Shown here: positions 1-11,766 of the stretch, in pieces
Numbering within the stretch: the first letter of the stretch is position 1
Layout of the letters: every line of letters starts with the position of its first letter
NCBI RefSeq assembly: GCF_004010195.1
Contig: NC_057719.1
Span: 42,610,742-42,674,741, forward strand
Direction: 5' to 3'
DNA from: Chiloscyllium plagiosum
Taxonomy: Eukaryota
DNA: 64,000 bases
The notes under the pieces: generated by a model
What the model was told of the DNA's origin: nothing
Seen by the model: only the letters and a program-made list of their open reading frames with translations
The model's database searches: none
Position numbers and translations under genes: made by a program

Positions 1-95
1 CCTGTGGCAGGATTCAAACCTGGGTCCCCAGAACATTAAATGGGTTTCTGGATTAATAGCCTAATGATAATACCTCTCGACCATTTCCTCCCCTC
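1..95 (-). mobile_element. 5' head of a tRNA-derived SINE (same family as 61908-62230)
   Basis: Reverse complement resembles the tRNA-like head at 61908 and the copies at 36120-36310 and 45290-45610. Confidence 0.55.
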
Positions 96-112
96 ACGTT
101 AATGTTGAACAT

Positions 113-260
113 TTATACAATCATCAGCAAACATCCCCAATATGACCCTATAATGGAGGGAAGATCTTTAATTAAGCAGTTGAAGATAATTGGGCCTAGG
201 ATACTACCCTGAGGTACTCCTGCAGAGAAATTCTGAAGCTGAGACCTGAGGCTTTTATTC
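113..260 (-). mobile_element. Degraded CR1/L2-type LINE RT fragment
   Basis: Translation SAGVPQGSILGPIIFNCLIKDLPSII contains the RT GVPQGS motif. Confidence 0.7.
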
Positions 261-545
261 CCAGTTCTCTGGTCCATTGGGTTTACTATGGATACCATGC
301 AGTTCTACCAACAGGATACACCCAATCTTCTTTATTAAAGCAAAGTACACTAGAAAATTACTGTGAAACACCTTACCCATGCAATGCTTACTAATCAAAA
401 GTGAACCCATTTTGTGAGCTTGAACTGAGAATCAGACCAAAAGAGTGATAAGCCCATTCCGTCTCAACTTCCAGCTACTGATCAGACAACCTCGTGAGCT
501 ATCTAACTATATCTTGAGAAAAATCTTCTTATACTCTTTTGGCAG

Positions 546-1600
546 GTCCGTGTTGATTTGGTCGCCCGAGATAGAAATTTTCTGTGGGAGTCGGTCGGTT
601 TATAGTAGACTACCTAGACTACACCTCCTCCCATCCTGCCCCCTGTAAAAACGCCATCCCATATTCCTAATTCCTTCGCCTTCGCCGCAACTGCTCCCAG
701 GAGGACCAATTCCAATACTGAACAACCCAGATGGCCTCCTTCTTCAAAGACCGCAATTTCCCCTCAGACGTGATCGACGATGCTCTCCACCGCATCTTCT
801 CCACTTCCCGCTCCTCCGCCCTTGAGCCCTGCCCCTCCAATCGCCACCAGGACAGAACCCCACTGGTCCTCACCTACCACCCCACCAACCTCCATATACA
901 TCATATCATCCATCGTCATTTCCGCCACCTCCAAACGGACCCNNNNNNNNNNNNNNNNNNNNNNNNNNNNNNNNNNNNNNNNNNNNNNNNNNNNNNNNNN
1001 NNNNNNNNNNNNNNNNNNNNNNNNNNNNNNNNNNNNNNNNNNNNNNNNNNNNNNNNNNNNNNNNNNNNNNNNNNNNNNNNNNNNNNNNNNNNNNNNNNNN
1101 NNNNNNNNNNNNNNNNNNNNNNNNNNNNNNNNNNNNNNNNNNNNNNNNNNNNNNNNNNNNNNNNNNNNNNNNNNNNNNNNNNNNNNNNNNNNNNNNNNNN
1201 NNNNNNNNNNNNNNNNNNNNNNNNNNNNNNNNNNNNNNNNNNNNNNNNNNNNNNNNNNNNNNNNNNNNNNNNNNNNNNNNNNNNNNNNNNNNNNNNNNNN
1301 NNNNNNNNNNNNNNNNNNNNNNNNNNNNNNNNNNNNNNNNNNNNNNNNNNNNNNNNNNNNNNNNNNNNNNNNNNNNNNNNNNNNNNNNNNNNNNNNNNNN
1401 NNNNNNNNNNNNNNNNNTCCTTCCACCTATCACATTTCCAACGCCCCTCCCCCAAGTCCCTCCTCCCTACTTTTTATCTTAGCCTGCTTGGCACACTCTC
1501 CTCATTCCTGAAGAAGGGCTCATGCCCGAAACGTCGATTCTCCTGCTCCTTGGATGCTCCCTGACCTGCTGCGCTTTTCCAGTAACACATTTTCAGTTCT
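546..1600 (+). mobile_element. 5'-truncated Penelope-like element with terminal pseudo-LTR (assembly gap 943-1417)
   Basis: YLDYTSSHP..CKNAIP..FLRLRR..MASFFKDRNFP..PLVLTYHP matches the PLE RT C-terminus and linker; 3' pLTR shared with copies ending at 37803 and 45150. Confidence 0.9.
1504..1539 (+). ncRNA. Minimal hammerhead ribozyme motif in PLE pLTR
   Basis: attc-CTGAAGA-a-gggc-tcat-gccc-GAAAC-GTC-gatt: catalytic core, helix II and cleavage triplet. Confidence 0.65.
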
Positions 1601-2135
1601 TGATGCTGTACTTGGTCAAATGCAGTGTTGAGGTCAAGGGCGCTCATTCTCACCTCAACTTTGGAATTCAACTTTTTGTCCATGTTTGAACTAAGGCTTA
1701 AATGAGGTCAGGAGCTGAGAGGTGTTGACAGAAACAAAACTGAGTGTCATTAAGTAGGTCATTCCTTTGCAAGTGCTGTTTTATAATGCTGTTCATGACA
1801 CCATCCATCTCTTTACTAATGATGTAGAGTTTACTGATGGGATTGTAATTGGCCAGGTTGAATTTGTCCTGCCTTTGTATACCTGTGTAATTTTCCCTGT
1901 TGTTGGATAGACGTCATTGCAGCTGTACTGGGATTGCTTGGCGAGGGACATGTCATGGTCTGGAGTGCAAATCCTCAGCACTATTTCCAGAATGTTGACA
2001 GAGCCTAGAGCCTTTGTGGTAACCACTGTCTCCAGCAGTTTCTTGTGTCACGTAGAGTGAATCAAACTGGATGAAGATTGGCATTTCTGAAGCTAGAAAC
2101 CTCTGGAGGAGGCTGAGCTGCATCATCCACTCAGC
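1601..2135 (-). mobile_element. Degraded CR1/L2-type LINE ORF2 fragment
   Basis: Reverse-strand similarity to 56370-56800; remnants such as ALDLNTAFDQV (RT). Confidence 0.65.
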
Positions 2136-3077
2136 ACTAAATATATCACTCAGTCCATCGTTATTTGTGTGCAGTGCTGATCCGCTTTGTATAAATTGTA
2201 AGTAGCTTTCCCGTAGCTCAGTAAGTTTATCCAGTGAGCATTACCAATCAGGAAAATCCAAGCTTCATTCAGAGTTCTTGTGAGCTGAGCTGACTAAGGT
2301 GTTACCAGAAGTAGTATTCCAGACCTCTTCATCATTTCTGAGTTAATGGTATAATGAATCACAGTTCCAGACTTGAATACTATCCAATGACCCCTACTGG
2401 AAGTATGTATTAAGGCAAGTCAGAATTTGGGCTCAGCAGTGGTTAAAGAGGGGCTCATATGTTGATAGAAAAGAATATTAAAAGTAGTAAGTTGCATCTA
2501 CATTTTCAAGATATTAATAAGTTACAGCAGCAGGAAAATGTTGAGTTCCACATTAAAAACGTAATGAGTACTGCCCACATAAACATTTTGACAGAATTCA
2601 TCCTGTGCATTCATTTGGGCTATAACTGTAATGTAATGAACACATTTGGTGTTCAATTTGGTGTATGATTTAGTGCATTCATATTTATAAAATATTCCCT
2701 ACTGGTAAATTTAGTTATCTGGATAAATGATTTAATAAAATTAAATTGTAGCCACTTGACCTTTATTTATAAACTTTCATTTATATTGTGTTGATAATTA
2801 AAGTAAATTGTCTGACCAAACTCACTTCGGTATAATCCAAATAGCAATAAGAATAGATATAATCTTTAGAAAAATATTACAAAATATATAAAGAACAATA
2901 ATAATTAACAAGCTAACATTGCTCAAAGATTAACTAAAATCTCAAAGTTGAAAAAGACTGCAGAAAGCAATGTAAAAATGTGAAAAATAGTCAAGAATGT
3001 TCAAAAGTTAAAGTTTGCAAAACAAGATCAACTGTGGAACTGCTTTGCAGACAGAAGACAAACTTATAGCATGACCC

Positions 3078-3312
3078 AGTGGCACAGTGGTTAGCACTGC
3101 TGCCTCACACCACCAGAGACCTGGGTTCAATTCCTACCTCACGCAACTGACTGTGTGGAGTTTGCACATTCTTCCTGTGTCTGCGTGGGTTTTCTCCCAC
3201 AGTCCAAAAATGTGCAGGTTAGGTGAATTGGCCATACTAAATTGCCCGTAGTGTTAGGTGAAGGGGTCAGTGTGGGCTTGTTGGGCCTGTTTCCACACTG
3301 TAAGTAATCTAA
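3078..3312 (+). mobile_element. HE1-like tRNA-derived SINE
   Basis: A-box-like ggcacagtggttagcactgctg, B-box-like gggttcaattcc, core tgtgtggagtttgcacattct, CR1-like tail gggcctgtttccacactgta. Confidence 0.85.
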
Positions 3313-3683
3313 TTCTGAATAAGGAGGAGTGTGCAACTGCCATTCATCTTTGATTTTTCACTATTTTATTTGTGAAATTTTGAATTAATTACTTAAAACC
3401 TGCTAATGAAGAAAATCAACCAAAATTAAAGTGCAAATTTAAGAAGCCCATTTTGCATGATGTTGAACAACAATACCACTTATATTAGTTCATAACAGTG
3501 AAACACCTGGGGCAAGATTTATGGAGATAACAGTAACATTGAAAAATGATATATATTAAAACCAAAAGTTTTGTGGACAAAACCTTAGCCAAAAACAGAA
3601 AAGGTCTATTTAGCCCCAGTAGTGGCATAGGTGGTTAGGAATGTCAAGAACATAAGATATCAGAGTAGGCCATTCAGCCCTCA

Positions 3684-4115
3684 GAGTTGAAAACTGTGGC
3701 ACTGAGAAAGCACAGCACGTAAGGCAGCATCTGAGGGGCAGGAGAGTCAGCGTTTCGGCGTAAGCTCTACAACAGGAATGTGGAGGGGGAAAAGGGGCTG
3801 AGAGATAAATAGGGGAGTGGGGGTGGGGCTGGGGCAAGGTACGTGGGATGGCGATAGGTGATTGCAGGTGGGAGATAATTCTGATTGGTCAGTGGGGAGG
3901 GTGGAGCAGATAGGTGGGAAGGAAGATGGGAGGTAGGACAGGTAAAGAGGGCAGTGCTGAGTTGGAGTTGGAGCTGGGATAAGCTGGGGGTTGGGGAAAT
4001 TTGGAAACTGGTGAAGTCAATGTTGATGCCATGTGGTTGTAGGGTCCTGAGGCAGAAGATGAGGCGTTCTTTCTCCGGTTGGTGGGTGGCTTTGTTTCGG
4101 TGTGGGAGGAGACCT
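3684..4115 (-). mobile_element. Penelope-like 3' fragment inserted in an old LINE tail
   Basis: Reverse complement of the pLTR (cagcgtttcggcgtaagc...) and of the GIY-YIG C-terminal region (ERLIFCLRTLQPHGINIDFT). Confidence 0.75.
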
Positions 4116-5184
4116 CAAGATTGTCCTGCCATTCTATAAGATCATAGCTGCTTCAGTTAGCAGATGATTTATCTTTTTCAGGGAGAAATTGTTTCAAAGC
4201 CCTGAAAATCACTTCACTTGGAGCTGATGAAGTAACTGTAACGATGTTGAAATTTTACTAATAGGTTCAACAAATCATTTACTGCTATCTACCAATCAGA
4301 AAAGATAAAAAAATTGAGAAGTGATTATTATTGTTGAAAAGGGAGATATGTTGCCAAGGTTTAATGGAATTGTTATACAACTATAGTTCAGCTATGGCAG
4401 TCCTGTACGATTTTAATCCCAATTTTTGTCTTTTATCCAATATTTCAATACACTGATTACTTATACAAATGTTTATCTCTTTCTTTTAAATGCCTGAAAT
4501 GCATCTTTGTTTCTCAGGGACAACATGTCATTATTTCACAACTTTTGGTCTTGAATTTGCTTTTGGAATAGCAGTATGTTTATAGTACTGAAGATCAGCC
4601 AATCTCTCTCTCTCACTTATGGCACTGCTATCATTACTTCAGACCAGTCTAAAATTAATTCAAACCCTGTCTTCTTCACAGATCTTAAAAGTTTATATTT
4701 TCTTGCCTTAAAAGCTGAACAACTGAGTCATTCCTCATGGTAAAATATTCCACACTCCACCAACTCTCACCATGAATAAATTTATCTTAATTTATCTTTT
4801 CATCACAGTTTTACATTGATGTTGCCCTGTCACTAATTTACCAATCTGAAGAAATAGTCCTTCCTTGTTCATCTTCTTAGAATCCTATATACCTTCAAAG
4901 AAATTATCTAATACCTTGTCAGCTTTCTCTGCTTCAAATGACAACAACCCAAAACCATATGCATTTATAACATATCTTTAAAACATCCCAGAATGCTTCA
5001 TAAGTGTGTAGTGAGATGACAATTGACAGAACCAAAGAAGGGTAAATTTCATGGAGTTGGTGAAAGGTTGGACAAAAAGGTAGATTTAAAGGAGGATTTG
5101 AAAGGATGGGGAGTTAGAGTGAATTATGATGGAATTCCAAATCTTCAAGCATAGAAGGCTGAAGACATAGGCAGTTCTCTGAAG

Positions 5185-5885
5185 AAGTAACTCATGCTAT
5201 ATGTAAAGCTCCTTACATTTCCAGGAGGAATTTGATAAGGTGATAAGGAGCCACATCAAAGGTTATTGTGGGAAATAAAAGTTCTGGTGTAAGGGTTAAC
5301 ATATTGGCATGAATCGAAGATTAGCTTGCTAATGGGAAGCAGGCTGGTAGGATGTCATGAGTGGTATGCCACAGAAGTCAGTGCTGGCATCTCAGCTCTT
5401 TACAATTTATAAAAATGGTTGGATAAAGGGACCAAAGAGGCTAAATTTGTTGACAACAGAAAGAAAAGTGGGAAATTGAGTTGTAAGGAGGACATATTAA
5501 GCCTACAAAGGAATACAGTTAAGATAAGTGAGTGGACAAAGATCTGGCAAATGTGGAACAGTATGGAATTGTCCATTTTGGCAGAATAAAAAAGTATATT
5601 ATCTAAATAGTGAGAAGTTGCAGAGCTCTGAGATGTAGAGAGATCTGGGTGTCCCAGTGTTGAATAACAGAGAGCTAGTATGCAGGTACAGCAAGTAATC
5701 AAGAAAGCTAATGGAATGTTACATCTTATTGTGAGGAGAATTAAATGCAAGAATAGGGGAGGATTTATGCTTCAGTTATTCAGGGCAATGGTGAGATTGT
5801 ATCTGGAGTACTTTGTACAGTACTAGTCACTACACTAATAGAAGGATGTTAATGCATTGGAACAGTTCAGAGAAGGCCTACGGCA
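5185..5885 (+). mobile_element. Degraded CR1-type LINE RT fragment
   Basis: Remnants of FDKV.H..L, SGMPQ.SVL, KFVDN, RDLGV and LE.VQRR motifs with many stops. Confidence 0.75.
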
Positions 5886-6149
5886 CTAATAAGCTCAAGT
5901 GCAAATAAGCATAGGATGCCAATGTTACAAACAGTTGGCTTGAAATTGAATGCGGTAGGAGTCATGGAATTAGTGATGAGGAGTTTGTAGCAGGGATTAA
6001 AAGTGATGACATCAGTCTTCTCAAAGTTTTACAGAAGGCAATTGCACAATTGAGACCTGTATCTTAGACAAGCAGGCTGACAACACAGAGGCAATAACAT
6101 GGTGGTGAGAGGTGCTGATTAGATAGAACTATATATCTTCAGCATAACT

Positions 6150-6410
6150 GGTTGTGGTTGTTGGAGGTCAGTCTTCTCAGCTCCAGGACATCTCTGCACG
6201 TGTTCCTCAATGTAATGTCCTAGACTCAACCATCTCCAGAGGTTTTATCAATAATCTTCCCTCCATCATAAGATCAGAAATGGGAATGTTCACTGATGAT
6301 TGATCAATGCTCAATATCAGTCACAACTCCTGTAATATCTGAAGCAGTCCATGTCCAAATGCAGGAAGTTTTGGACAATATCCCGGCTTGGGCTGACACA
6401 TGGAATGGAT
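6150..6410 (+). mobile_element. Degraded CR1/L2-type RT fragment
   Basis: Similar to 56850-57090 (gttggaggtcagtc...gttcctcaa...gtcctagac). Confidence 0.6.
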
Positions 6411-8828
6411 AATGGAATGCCAGGTAACATAGTTTAGCGAAGCATCAGCACCTTGTGATGTTGCCGGATAATCCGATATTCAGATAATTGAATGCTGGAT
6501 AATCGAGGTTCCTCTCTAAATCCTGTCCCTCAAGATTCCCTCCAACAACTTGCCCACCACTGATGTCAGGCACCCCAGCCTATATTCCTTGACTTTTGTT
6601 TACCTACTCTGAATTTCCTATCAGGAATTGTCACCATCTAGTTTTTATCTGGTGCATGGGAAAGTAGGAAACTGCATATCCATGAAGTGAGATGAGGTAC
6701 TAATGACATGCTAATGGATGCAAATAGGTCTTGCACTGTTCAGTAGCAAGACTCATTTCACTGTTCAAAACCTATTTGCAGAATCAGACTTCTCTTCTTA
6801 ACATCAATAGTCTCATTTTCCCCGATCTCACTGTACCTTCACAACTGACTCACCACTGCCCACATTGTTCTGTGGCTGGGAAGACTCCACCCTCTTGGTT
6901 AATTAAACTTGGAAACAAAAAGGAAAGTTTTTGTGTTGAAACACAGGAGTAAGCATTAAATAGTCAAGTCTCTAAAATGTAAGGAGTTTAATTGAGGAGA
7001 AACTGGACAGATAGGTGGGGTGCCTGCTACGTGATATTCCCTAAGGACAAGTTCTTAAGACTACAATGATTCAAAATCTAATTATCGGAGGGTGTGTTGC
7101 TCAGACAGCTCACTATGTATTACCTACTTTTTATGTTCTTATAGGAATATATGTTGAAATAGACGATTTGTAATGATCTCATTGAATGGCAGAGCAGTTC
7201 AAAGGGTTTAAAGCCCAAACCTGCTCTTGTTCTTGCGTTTAATTTATCAATTCTTACTGACTATCATTATTAATTATATTTCTCTATCTGAATTTCCATT
7301 CTTCTTTTGTTTTTACTTTAGCTAAAATCTTTTCATTTTCTGCATTACATACTAAACATTTTTTTCTTCATGTGCTATTTTCTAACAGTTATTCATAATA
7401 ACACTTATTCATAATAAATAGGGTATCTTTCCATACAAAAAACTTATACTATTGCAAATCCTAACCTGCTTTATAGTTCAATGAAGTCAACATTGACAAA
7501 GTTTTGGTGCTTAACTGCATGAAGCAAACTATATGGGTTTTGAAGTAATCTACATACTTATGCATGAATTTACCATTCGCCGTATGTCTTGTTTAAACTT
7601 CCTATCACACTACTATAACACTTCTATTCTAAGGCAGAACCAATCCATTTCTCTAAAGAAGAGTTATTCAACTGGAATAATTAGATGGAATCTTATAGGA
7701 GTATGAGTGCCATTGGCAATACTGAGATTTATAGCTGAATTGGACAAGAAATCCAACAAGGCCAATCTCGATGTTGGGAGCACCTCATTCCATCTCTTAT
7801 ACTTTAACCAGCGGTATGGTGAATTTCTCACTAGGCAGCAGTAAATTGCCATTTAAGTAGGATTGCTGCTCGTTAGACTTGTTAACAACACAACTCACCT
7901 CATTAGTACTCAGCTTCCTACTTTATCAAACATGCCAAACTTGACCTCGACAAACTTGATGTGGAAATCAGAGTGATAATTCAGCTTGTTGCTTGATCTG
8001 AAAGAAATTGATGATAGATAATGATACCATAATCTCAGTGCATGCTGTATCATCACTGGCCACGTGCCTCACTGACCTCATTGGCACTGGATATGTGCCA
8101 GTCTCTAAAAAGCCTTACGACACATTTCTGATCCATTTAGAGGACGTTTCTGCACTCAGTGCTGTCCAGCAACAATCATTGTAATGGTACAGCAAGAAAT
8201 CTGTGTACTCAGGGACATGCATCCAACTCATGGACTGGACCAGTGTTATGAAGGTGTGGGTGTATTGTACCTTTAAGAGAGTAAAAGCTAGCAGAGACAC
8301 CACCAAGTGTTTCCAATAAGACACAACGTAACATGTGCTCCAGCTACTGGCTAGCTAGTTACCTAGAAACAACAAAACAGATATCCAAAAAAATACCAAA
8401 TACCAATCAAGTTTGAATTGAGTATATTGACAATCTTAAAAGCCAATGAGACAATCTGATGCTTTGGGGTTAAAGATCAGGAAAAATTGAACAGTTGGGA
8501 GGAGAACTGCCACCAGACCAACAGCTGTAGACTGCTAGTCAGAACTCTCTGAGAGGTACCTGACTAGCGAAGGAGTTTGTATAGAGAAAAACCTCAACAC
8601 TGACCTGGGCAGCCAATCTACCGAAGAAGATAAAGAGAAGATTTGACCGCTGGCTGGTTTTAAAATTTTAATTTTCCTGTAAATCGTAATTGGGAGTTTG
8701 ATTGGACTAGTATTATAGAAGGGAAGGTAACAGATAGGTTAGAGTAAGGAATTGTAAGTAGTTGTTAGCTAATTTTTCTCTGTTACACTTTAAGAAATAA
8801 AATTGTTAATTTTTACTTTAGTTCTTGG

Positions 8829-9808
8829 ACTCCGCAAGATGGCAGCAATCCTGTAGAACGGCTGTGGACAGCTTTGCCTAACAGCCAAGGCCTATTGGTG
8901 TTTTTTTGCCATCTCTGGCCAACTTATGTGGAAGAATTATTAGTTTAAAACCTGACAGAACACATATTTGTTAATATTTGAGTGGGAAGGATGCCAAAGG
9001 GAAGGGGAATGAGCAAACAGCAGCAGGAAGGACACTCCCCTGCAGCACGGGGTATACCAGAGACAGCAGCAACAGCAGCAGCCTCTCCTGAACCCCTTGA
9101 GGAACTGACAGACTCGCAGGAATTGGCGACGGCGATGGAAAGACTTACCTCAAAGGTTGGGGCTGCGATTGAGGAGATCCGTGCCCAGAACCAACCCAAC
9201 GCGTCCATGCTGCAGAAGTATGAACGGGAGGTCCAAGGCCTCGGGGAGTGGCTGGAGGAGGTGGAGGGTCGAACCAAGGCCTCAGAAGCAGCGATGGAGT
9301 CATCATCTGGTCGGATCCAGGTGCCGGAGCGAGAGGTGCGGGCCTTATGAGACCAGGTTGACAACCTCGAAAATCCAGGTTAGAGGATGAATCTTCAGAT
9401 TGTCGGGTTGCCAGAGAGTGAAGAAGGTGGGTAGCCCATCAGATTCTTTGAAAGCTGGCTGCCACAGTTCCTGGGCCTTCAAATCGAGTCCAGCCGGCTG
9501 CAGATTGAAAGGGCCTATCGGATCGCAGTGTACAGGTCTGGGCTGGTACAGCATCCCCGCCCAGTCCTAGTGCACTTCCACTCATACAAGGACAAGCAAA
9601 AAGTAATAGGAACTTACAGATTACTGGGAAAAGACCCACAGGTATTGTTGCACAAGGGGTCAAAAATCATGCTTGTCCAGGATTTCTCAGCAGCTTTAAT
9701 TCAAAAGAGGAAGTCCTTCAATGAAGTTGAAAAGAGGTTGAGGAACCTGGGTATCCAGTACTCCTTGAGATACCCTGTAGTGCTCCGTTTCAGTCACGAG
9801 GACTCCGC
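8829..9808 (+). mobile_element. L1 element A, 5'UTR and disrupted ORF1
   Basis: Starts with CAAGATGGC (YY1-like L1 5' motif) after TSD tagttcttgg (8819-8828); ORF1 from ATG 8991 with coiled coil, NLQIVGLP, IERAYR, QDFSAALIQKRKSF, YPVVL. Confidence 0.85.
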
Positions 9809-10150
9809 AAATCGAAGTCATCGGAAGAATATCCGATTGCTGGGCCTTCCCAAACGGGAGGAAGAAGGCCATCTTGTTAATTTTCTAGAGCAATGGCTCC
9901 CACAACTGCTGAGGCTGGAGTCTGAGGTAGGCCGGGTGCAGGTCGAGTGGGCCCACCGGGTCGCAGTGTGCAGGTCCGGATTGGACCAGCACCCCCACCC
10001 GGTCCTAGTGCAACTCCAGCAATACAGAGACAACGAATGCTGCTTCCAGGCCTCTAGAATGCTGGGGAAGGATCCACAGGGTATGGAGTGCAAGGGATCA
10101 AAAATAATGCTCTTTCAGGACTTTTCTCCGGTTGCAAGAGGAAGGTGTTG

Positions 10151-11467
10151 AGAGTCATAGAATCATAGAGATGTACAGCACGGAAACAGACCCCTCGGTC
10201 CAACTCATCCATGCTGATCAGATACCCCTACCCAATCTAGTCCCACCTGTCAGCACCTGGCTCATATCCATCCAAACAGTTCCTAGTCATATACCCATCC
10301 AGATGCCTTTTAAATGTTGCAATTGTACCAGCCTCCACCACTTCCTCAGGCAGCCCATCCCATATATGTACCACACTCTGCATTAAAAAGTTGCCCCTTA
10401 ATTCTCTTTTGTATCTTTCCCCTCTCACCCTAAACCAATGCCCTCTAGTTCTGGACTCCCCCACCCCAGGGAAAAGATTTTGTCTATTTACCCTATTCAT
10501 GCCCCTCATGATTTTATAAACCTCTATAAGGTCACGCCTCAAGCCTCCGATACTCCAGGGAAAACAGCCCCAGCCTGTTCAGCCTCTCCCTGTAGCTCAA
10601 ATCCACCAACCCTGGCAACATCCTTGTAAATCTTTTCTGAACCCTTTCAGATTTCAAATCATCCTTCTGATAGGAAGGAGACCAGAAATGCATGCAATAT
10701 TCCAACAGTGGCCTAACCAATGTCCTGTACAGCTGCAACATGACCTCCCAACTCCTGTACTCAATATCCTATGCCCTCTAGTTCTGGACTCCCCCACCCC
10801 AGGGAAAAGACCTTGTCTATTTATCATATCCAAGCCCCTCATGATTTTATAAGTCTCTATAAGGTCACTCGTCAGCCTTCAACGCTCCAGGGAAAACAGC
10901 CCCAGCCTATTCAGCCTCTCCCTATAGCTCAAATCCTCCAACCCTGGCAACATCCTTGTAAATCTTTTCTGAATCCTTTCAAGTTTCACAACAGTTCCTA
11001 TACTCAATACTCTGACCAATAAAGGAAAGCATACTAAATGCCTTCTTCACTATCCTAACTACCTGTGACTCAACTTTCAAAGAACTATGAATCTGCACTC
11101 CAAGGTCTCATTGTTCAGCAACACTCCCGAGGACCTTACCATTAAGTTATGTGTCCTGCACTGATTTGAATTTCCAAAATGCAGCACCTCAGATTTATCT
11201 AAATTAAACTCCATCTGCCATTCCTCAGCCCATTGGCCCATCTGATCAAGATCCTGCTGTAATCTGAGGTAAGCTTCTTCACTGTCACTATACTTCCAAT
11301 TTTGGTGTCATCTGCAAACTTACCAACTATACCTCTTATGCTCACATCCAAATCATTTGTTATAAATGACAAAAAGTAGCGGACCCAGCTTGTGGCACTC
11401 CACTGGCCACAGGCTTCCAGTCTGAAAAACAACCCTCCACCATCACCCTCTGTCTTCTACCTTTGAG
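10151..11467 (-). mobile_element. 5'-truncated CR1 LINE inserted in L1-B ORF1, with internal tandem duplication
   Basis: [32 protein letters not shown]; 3' short-repeat tail gagtcatagaatcatag; L1 ORF1 resumes as FDEVKK at 11468. Confidence 0.9.
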
Positions 11468-11638
11468 TTTGACGAGGTAAAGAAGTGAATGAGGAACCTG
11501 AATATTCAGTATTCTATGAAATATCCGGCAACATTGCACTTCAGTTGTGGAGGGTCTGTGTATAACTTTGGATTGCCAGAAAAGGTAAAATAATTTTTGG
11601 ACTCTGTTAAATAGACTGATTGGTCTGAATTATATCGA

Positions 11639-11766
11639 GGAGAAAGTGAGGTCTGCAGATGCTGGAGATCAAAGTTGAAACTTTATTGCTGGAACAGCAC
11701 AGCAGGTCAGGCAGCATCCAGGGAACAGGAGATTCGACGTTTCGGGCACAGGCCCTTCTTCAGGAA
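11639..11766 (-). mobile_element. Solo PLE pLTR unit (128 bp) with hammerhead motif
   Basis: 15-bp TSD tctgaattatatcga at 11624-11638 and 11767-11781; minus strand reads CTGAAGA-agggc-ctgt-gccc-GAAACGTC. Confidence 0.85.

Noticed and set aside
731..1564. Long ORFs spanning N runs (also 36606-37558 and 44092-44970)
   Set aside because: Length is an artefact of assembly gaps; the flanks are PLE fragments
3078..3150. tRNA gene
   Set aside because: It is the tRNA-derived head of a SINE, continuing into SINE core and LINE-like tail
6462..6517. ggataatcgaggttcctct resembling a Tigger/pogo MITE terminus
   Set aside because: No matching second terminus or TA duplication found
9801..9810. gactccgcaa identical to 8828-8837 at the L1-A/L1-B junction
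   Set aside because: It aligns with normal ORF1 C-terminal sequence (compare ~11550), so it is probably coincidence rather than a TSD
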